From: Nemertoderma westbladi | Taxonomy: Eukaryota; Animalia; Xenacoelomorpha | Reading direction: 5' to 3' | NCBI GenBank assembly: GCA_032718475.1 | Contig: JAUCBJ010001506.1 | Span: 1-54,130, forward strand | Length of the DNA stretch: 54,130 nt | In this document: positions 49,411 to 54,130 of the stretch, piece after piece | Layout of the letters: each line of letters starts with the position of its first letter | Numbering within the stretch: the first letter of the stretch is position 1 | Program-made: the position numbers and the translations under genes | Notes under the pieces: model-generated | Seen by the model: only the letters and a program-made list of their open reading frames with translations | What the model was told of the DNA's origin: nothing | Database searches by the model: none

Positions 49411-50552
49411 AAGTTAATCAGTACCAGTGGCTACCGTTACAATACAAAACATTTCTATTTAACAATGTACCGGCAGTAGAATGTGGAACAAATGCAATAA
49501 AAATAACAGATGCATTCGTTAAAAAGGTGTTGGGAAGATTTGGGAGATGTAACATTGTTGTTCATCGTTGCTGAATTCTTAATTGAAAACCAATTTTAAT
49601 TGGTTTTTTAATTTACAAAGGTAAACAGCCTAAATGAGGTAGGTTCATTCCAAGGCAACCAGCGGCGTTTCTATTATAAAATAGCTCAGTTTTAAGATAT
49701 AGGAAACTACACTTATAGAATATAATACTAGAGTCTATAGCTAGCGAGTAGCATACGAAAACAAATTAGTAAGGAAATAACAATTCAAACTATTCATTGT
49801 TACGAATTAATACAAAAATGTTAAAAGAAATAAATAACTTTCGTTCATAGCTACATACATTGTAGCCAACTCCAACACAACCATGTCATTCGCGTAACAA
49901 GGAGAGATATAGTAATTAACTTTATAACATTATCTTATCAGCTTTCTGGTTAATTACTCGTAACGCTGCAAGGTACCACTTTTCAGCGTTGCGGCCTATA
50001 GGACGGAACCCTGCAAAGTAATCAATAACTTGGAAACATCTTCAATTGCTGTACTCCAGAATGTATTATTTCCATTTATATTAATGCGTACTGCTTTATT
50101 ATCAATCCAGTTTGCAGTGACGGGATTAGGACTAGCTACTGTATGTAAATAATTGTTGAACGTCTAATGTATACCATTATTTCGAAACGTCCAATAGACA
50201 ATACTTTGGAGAAAATGAGCTAAGAAAATGGTAACAGTGTTCAGTAAAACTGAACGGACACAGACGGTGACTAGTGTTCAGGAAAACTGAACGCACACAG
50301 ACGGTGACTAAGTTTCCTTCAGTCGACCAAGGTCAAGATAATGTCAAAGATTTATCACATCCATGCAGGAGATAACTTCCAATAAACTTTAATTAGATTT
50401 AAATGTATAATTAATACTGTGTACCTGTTAATAAATTCCACGTATAGTTATATTCGAAATAGTACATGATTAAAATGTATAAATGAATACCCATAAAATC
50501 CTTTCTTCACATACCGAACGCTGATAAGTTGACATGATGTAACAAAATTACA

Positions 50553-50693
50553 TACATCATTGCTTACAAAGGTCACTTTTCAGCGTTAAAGACCCTTGTT
50601 TATTTATGTAAACCTCTCTCGCTGCGCTCGCTCGCTACATAAATAAACTCGGGTCGTAACGCTGCAAAGTGCTACTTTGCACACAATGATGTA
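50553..50693. repeat. Imperfect palindrome of about 140 bp centred on CTCGCTGCGCTCG
   Basis: TACATCATTG...CACTTTTCAGCGTTA..GACCC..GTTTATTTATGTA is mirrored by TACATAAATAAAC..GGGTC.TAACGCTGCAAAGTG...CAATGATGTA; related pieces at about 49960-50020. Confidence 0.8.
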
Positions 50694-50917
50694 GATAGTT
50701 ATAGTATGCCACAAAATAAAAACTACAACGAAAAGTGGCATTGTTTGTGGCATTGGATGGCATGTTTGGAGAGATTAAATTTCGTTATAGTCTAGCTAAA
50801 GTTATAGTCTACTAAACCAGTGTAGTGAAATTATCATTATTGTATTAAATAATTATGTGCAATCAATGCCCATATACCCCACCTGGGGGCGTACGTTAAA
50901 TGAACTACTAAATAAAC

Positions 50918-53158
50918 TCAAGACAACATCTGTGCGAACACAGCAGTGAACCCGACATTGAGTAAAACGACGAAAGCGACCAGTTCGGTACCAGTCAACC
51001 AACTCCTATTGTTATCCTCTGGTTCTTCCGCCGTATCGGGCGGCTGTTCCACCGGTACCGGCCTCTGCGGCACCGAGCGGCGGCCCTCGGCCAGTGGGAC
51101 GCATCCTGTATCCGCGTCCACACACTCTCCACCCGGTGCGAAACTCGCCGCGTGGCGTTGGTGCTCGTAGATGTAATCGCGTTTGTACTTGCGGAACCCG
51201 GCAGCCCCAGCCACCGAAGATGGTCTACTCTCCGATGTATTCGGCGTGGACTCCACCGCAGATATCAGCGGTTTATGCGTCTGGGAATCGAGTGGAGTGA
51301 GATAGTAATCGGGAATATCGCCGTCGGTCGACTCAACAACCGGCTCATCCACCGGCTCCTCCGATTCTACTTCGTTTTTTCGTTTCTCTTCCGGAGGCGT
51401 CGGCGACGAATGTTTATCCAAATCTTCTTTATCCTTCCGTTTAGACCGGAAGCTTCGCTGCACACGCGATATCCCAGACTTAATAAACTTCCGCGCGGCG
51501 TCCGGGGTGTGTCCTCCGTCGTGGCGATCCTCCGGAGGCGCGAGTTTCCCGCCCCCTTCCTCGCGTCGCGGGACCCGTAGATGGCTCGGGTGTTCCCGCA
51601 ACGAACCCGCAGTGTTACCTCCACTCGCGGCGCTCGTCGAACGGAACCGAAGATCCTCGCTGCTCACCGACATGAAAACGTCGGCGAGAGATGGAACCCC
51701 GAGCGAGCGGAACGGTCGGGGAGGTTTACCTTCCGGGGGTTCGGGGGACGACGGCGCCTCCGAATCTTCCTCCTTGTGAGCCGACAAACCCCCATCCTTC
51801 CCATAAACCGCGGAACGCCGCTGGTTTAGAAACGACGGCAACGACATCTTCCGTGATTTCTTCCCACCTTTCCCCCGGGAAGATTCTTCTTGGGAGCGAT
51901 GCAACTCACGACCTTTGTACTTCGCGTACTCCGCCTCACGTTGCGCCAACCCACCGGCTTCCTCAGCTTGCGACGCCTTCAATCTCGCATGCGACGTTCG
52001 CGTCAACGTGAGCTCTGACTTTCTCCGGGCCAACTCGGCCGCGTGTTGCCCGTCGGTAACCGCTCGCTCCACTTTATCGGAGCGGCCTTTCACCCCGAGC
52101 CGTCGTTTCACCGGCTGTACCAACACGTTCGCCTTCCATCGCCCGTCCTCTCGCTCCCCCGAAGGCAACGTCGTCGACCCATACCCATGCCGTTTGTTCC
52201 CGAACCACTCGCCCTCGTATTTCAACCCATCGCTACGGACACTCACACCAAACCCCGACCGCTTATCGTTCTTCCACTCCCCCATGTAGCTCTCAGTAAC
52301 ATTTCCTGAGATGTCTTCCACCTTATCCAGCACCAAATTCGACTCGCCCAGACGAGACTCCACATTCATATCGCTCCCAATACTCTCCGTGTAGGAATTC
52401 ACAGAACTAATAGTAGAAGCATCGCTCTTCATAGAGGAGGCGGAACTTTTCAACTTGGATACTTTTTTATGCATCCTGAGACGCAGCCCAGATACAATGG
52501 AGCTGCGACTGAGACTGATCTTCTTCAACAAGTTGGACCCAACGGCGGCGAAAGAAGAATCATCATGTGCAGCAGTCGAAACTTCTGTAAGAACGAAACC
52601 CCCACGTTGCCCGAAACCCTCTGCTACAGCGGATGTTGAGTGGCCATGAACGTCTGTCACCGAGCCTCTGCGACCTCCCGTGGCCCCTATAATAGAAGCC
52701 ATGCTGTAGGGGACGGAGCACCGCACTCCCAACCCATGACGCATCCCGCCAACCCACTGGCCCTGGTACGTACCCCCGTCGGCGTAGGTTTCCAAGCCGA
52801 ATCCGTCCTGTAACCCGTTCCCCCATGTCCCCTCGTACTTGGCTCCAGTGGAGGCACACTCCCGTATCCCGTATCTGCCCTTCATCCCGTTGCTCCACTC
52901 CCCTCTGTAAGTCCACTTGCCCCGTCGCTCTCGCCCCAGGCCGTGGCGCTTCCCGCTGTGCCATTGGCCCTCGTACGTGTTGCCGGAAGGCCACGTGTAG
53001 ACCCCGCTGACCTCGAAGCCATAGTGCCAGGATCCTGCATATTCGCCTTGTCCTTTCGGCCCCGTACAGACTCCATATCCGTGCGCTTTCCCGTCTTCCC
53101 ACGATCCTATGTAACAACCTCCGTCGTCGAAATCGTATTTTCCGCCAGTTTGCACCAT
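50918..53158 (-). CDS. JPH: Junctophilin (MORN-repeat ER-plasma membrane tether), single-exon CDS
   Basis: 746 aa; N-terminal [36 protein letters not shown]; six plus two MORN repeats split by a joining region ([28 protein letters not shown]); alanine-rich helix; divergent region; C-terminal [22 protein letters not shown]. Confidence 0.96.
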   Translation of the reverse strand: MVQTGGKYDFDDGGCYIGSWEDGKAHGYGVCTGPKGQGEYAGSWHYGFEVSGVYTWPSGNTYEGQWHSGKRHGLGRERRGKWTYRGEWSNGMKGRYGIRECASTGAKYEGTWGNGLQDGFGLETYADGGTYQGQWVGGMRHGLGVRCSVPYSMASIIGATGGRRGSVTDVHGHSTSAVAEGFGQRGGFVLTEVSTAAHDDSSFAAVGSNLLKKISLSRSSIVSGLRLRMHKKVSKLKSSASSMKSDASTISSVNSYTESIGSDMNVESRLGESNLVLDKVEDISGNVTESYMGEWKNDKRSGFGVSVRSDGLKYEGEWFGNKRHGYGSTTLPSGEREDGRWKANVLVQPVKRRLGVKGRSDKVERAVTDGQHAAELARRKSELTLTRTSHARLKASQAEEAGGLAQREAEYAKYKGRELHRSQEESSRGKGGKKSRKMSLPSFLNQRRSAVYGKDGGLSAHKEEDSEAPSSPEPPEGKPPRPFRSLGVPSLADVFMSVSSEDLRFRSTSAASGGNTAGSLREHPSHLRVPRREEGGGKLAPPEDRHDGGHTPDAARKFIKSGISRVQRSFRSKRKDKEDLDKHSSPTPPEEKRKNEVESEEPVDEPVVESTDGDIPDYYLTPLDSQTHKPLISAVESTPNTSESRPSSVAGAAGFRKYKRDYIYEHQRHAASFAPGGECVDADTGCVPLAEGRRSVPQRPVPVEQPPDTAEEPEDNNRSWLTGTELVAFVVLLNVGFTAVFAQMLS

Positions 53159-53667
53159 AGCAACTATTTATAGTTTGATGGCTTCACATAAAAGCGGTAT
53201 AAGGCATTAATAAATATTTTATTACTTTGTAATAAGTTCGAGTTCACAGTATCAAATTCTTCTTATATAGTATTTTTAACAATGCAAATTCTCCGATAAA
53301 TTAACTTATTTCTTTAAGATAAAGTTGGTGGTTTCAGTTTCATATCAAATTTTATATTTGCATAGCTTTCATATCAAAACATAAATTATTTATTACTTAT
53401 TAAATTATTTATTATACATTAATTATTAATTCTACTTCAGAAGTGATAATTAAAATACGTCCAGCAAATTAACTAAACTTGGTAATTAACATGTAAAATG
53501 TTTTTAAATTTAAATAAATAATAATGTTTGTACAGGCTACGCAATAGTTCGTTATAGCAGTTATTAATTATAATATTATTAACAACACAGTAGGATACAA
53601 TGTCGTAGAAAAGACAAGAGTTCAGGCTATCATCAATAAACCTCTTGCAATATAATACAAGGTGTGA

Positions 53668-54130
53668 GTGATAACATTATCATCAGCATGTAGTGATAGC
53701 ATCATCATGAGCAGTGATAACATCGGCATGAGCACGTAGTGATAACATCGGCATGAGCAAGTGATAACATCGGCATGAGCACGTAGTGATAACATCGGCA
53801 TGAGCAGTGATAACATCAACATGAGCACGTATGTGATAACATCGGCATGAGCACGTAGTGATAACATCAGACATGAGCACGTAGTGATAACATCGGCATG
53901 AGCAGTGATAACATCGGCATGAGCACGTAGTGATAACATCGGCATGAGCAGTGATAACATCAACATGAGCACGTGAGTGTGATAACATCGGCATGAGCAC
54001 GTAGTGATAACATCGGCATGAGCAGTGATAACATCAATGGCATGAGCACGTAGTGATAACATCGGCATGAGCAGTGATAACATCGGCATGAGCACGTAGT
54101 GATAACATCGGCATGAGCAGTGATAACATC
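53668..54130. repeat. 21/25-bp minisatellite GTGATAACATCGGCATGAGCA(CGTA), runs off the window end
   Basis: About 20 tandem units in two length variants. Confidence 0.95.

Noticed and set aside
50946-53173. Many overlapping ORFs on both strands
   Set aside because: Shadow frames of the GC-rich junctophilin CDS.
53622-54095. 157-aa and 105-aa repetitive Cys/His-rich ORFs
   Set aside because: Translations of the minisatellite.

Overview
Eukaryotic (metazoan, probably invertebrate; species not determinable) AT-rich, transposon-dense DNA. The left 22 kb is a nested stack. A CRE-clade (RLE-type) non-LTR retrotransposon on the minus strand is split by a 17.8-kb BEL/Pao LTR retrotransposon (3422-21202; TG...CA LTRs of about 1.05 kb; GAATC target-site duplication). 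That element in turn carries a solo LTR, a 31-bp RTE stub and a TA-flanked foldback element. Besides a decayed, unusually long gag-pol, it has a second decayed reading frame of about 700 codons in the env position that does not look like env; this is the most novel-looking item. Next come a near full-length CR1/L2-group LINE with a PHD-finger ORF1, a Mutator-like MITE, and two host genes whose whole CDS is a single exon: a sterol O-acyltransferase (SOAT/ACAT, +) and junctophilin (-). Between these genes lie MITEs, Helentron/DINE-like elements with internal satellites, RTE LINE pieces, short palindromes and minisatellites. No rRNA, tRNA or CRISPR was seen. All calls are by eye; coordinates of degraded elements are approximate.
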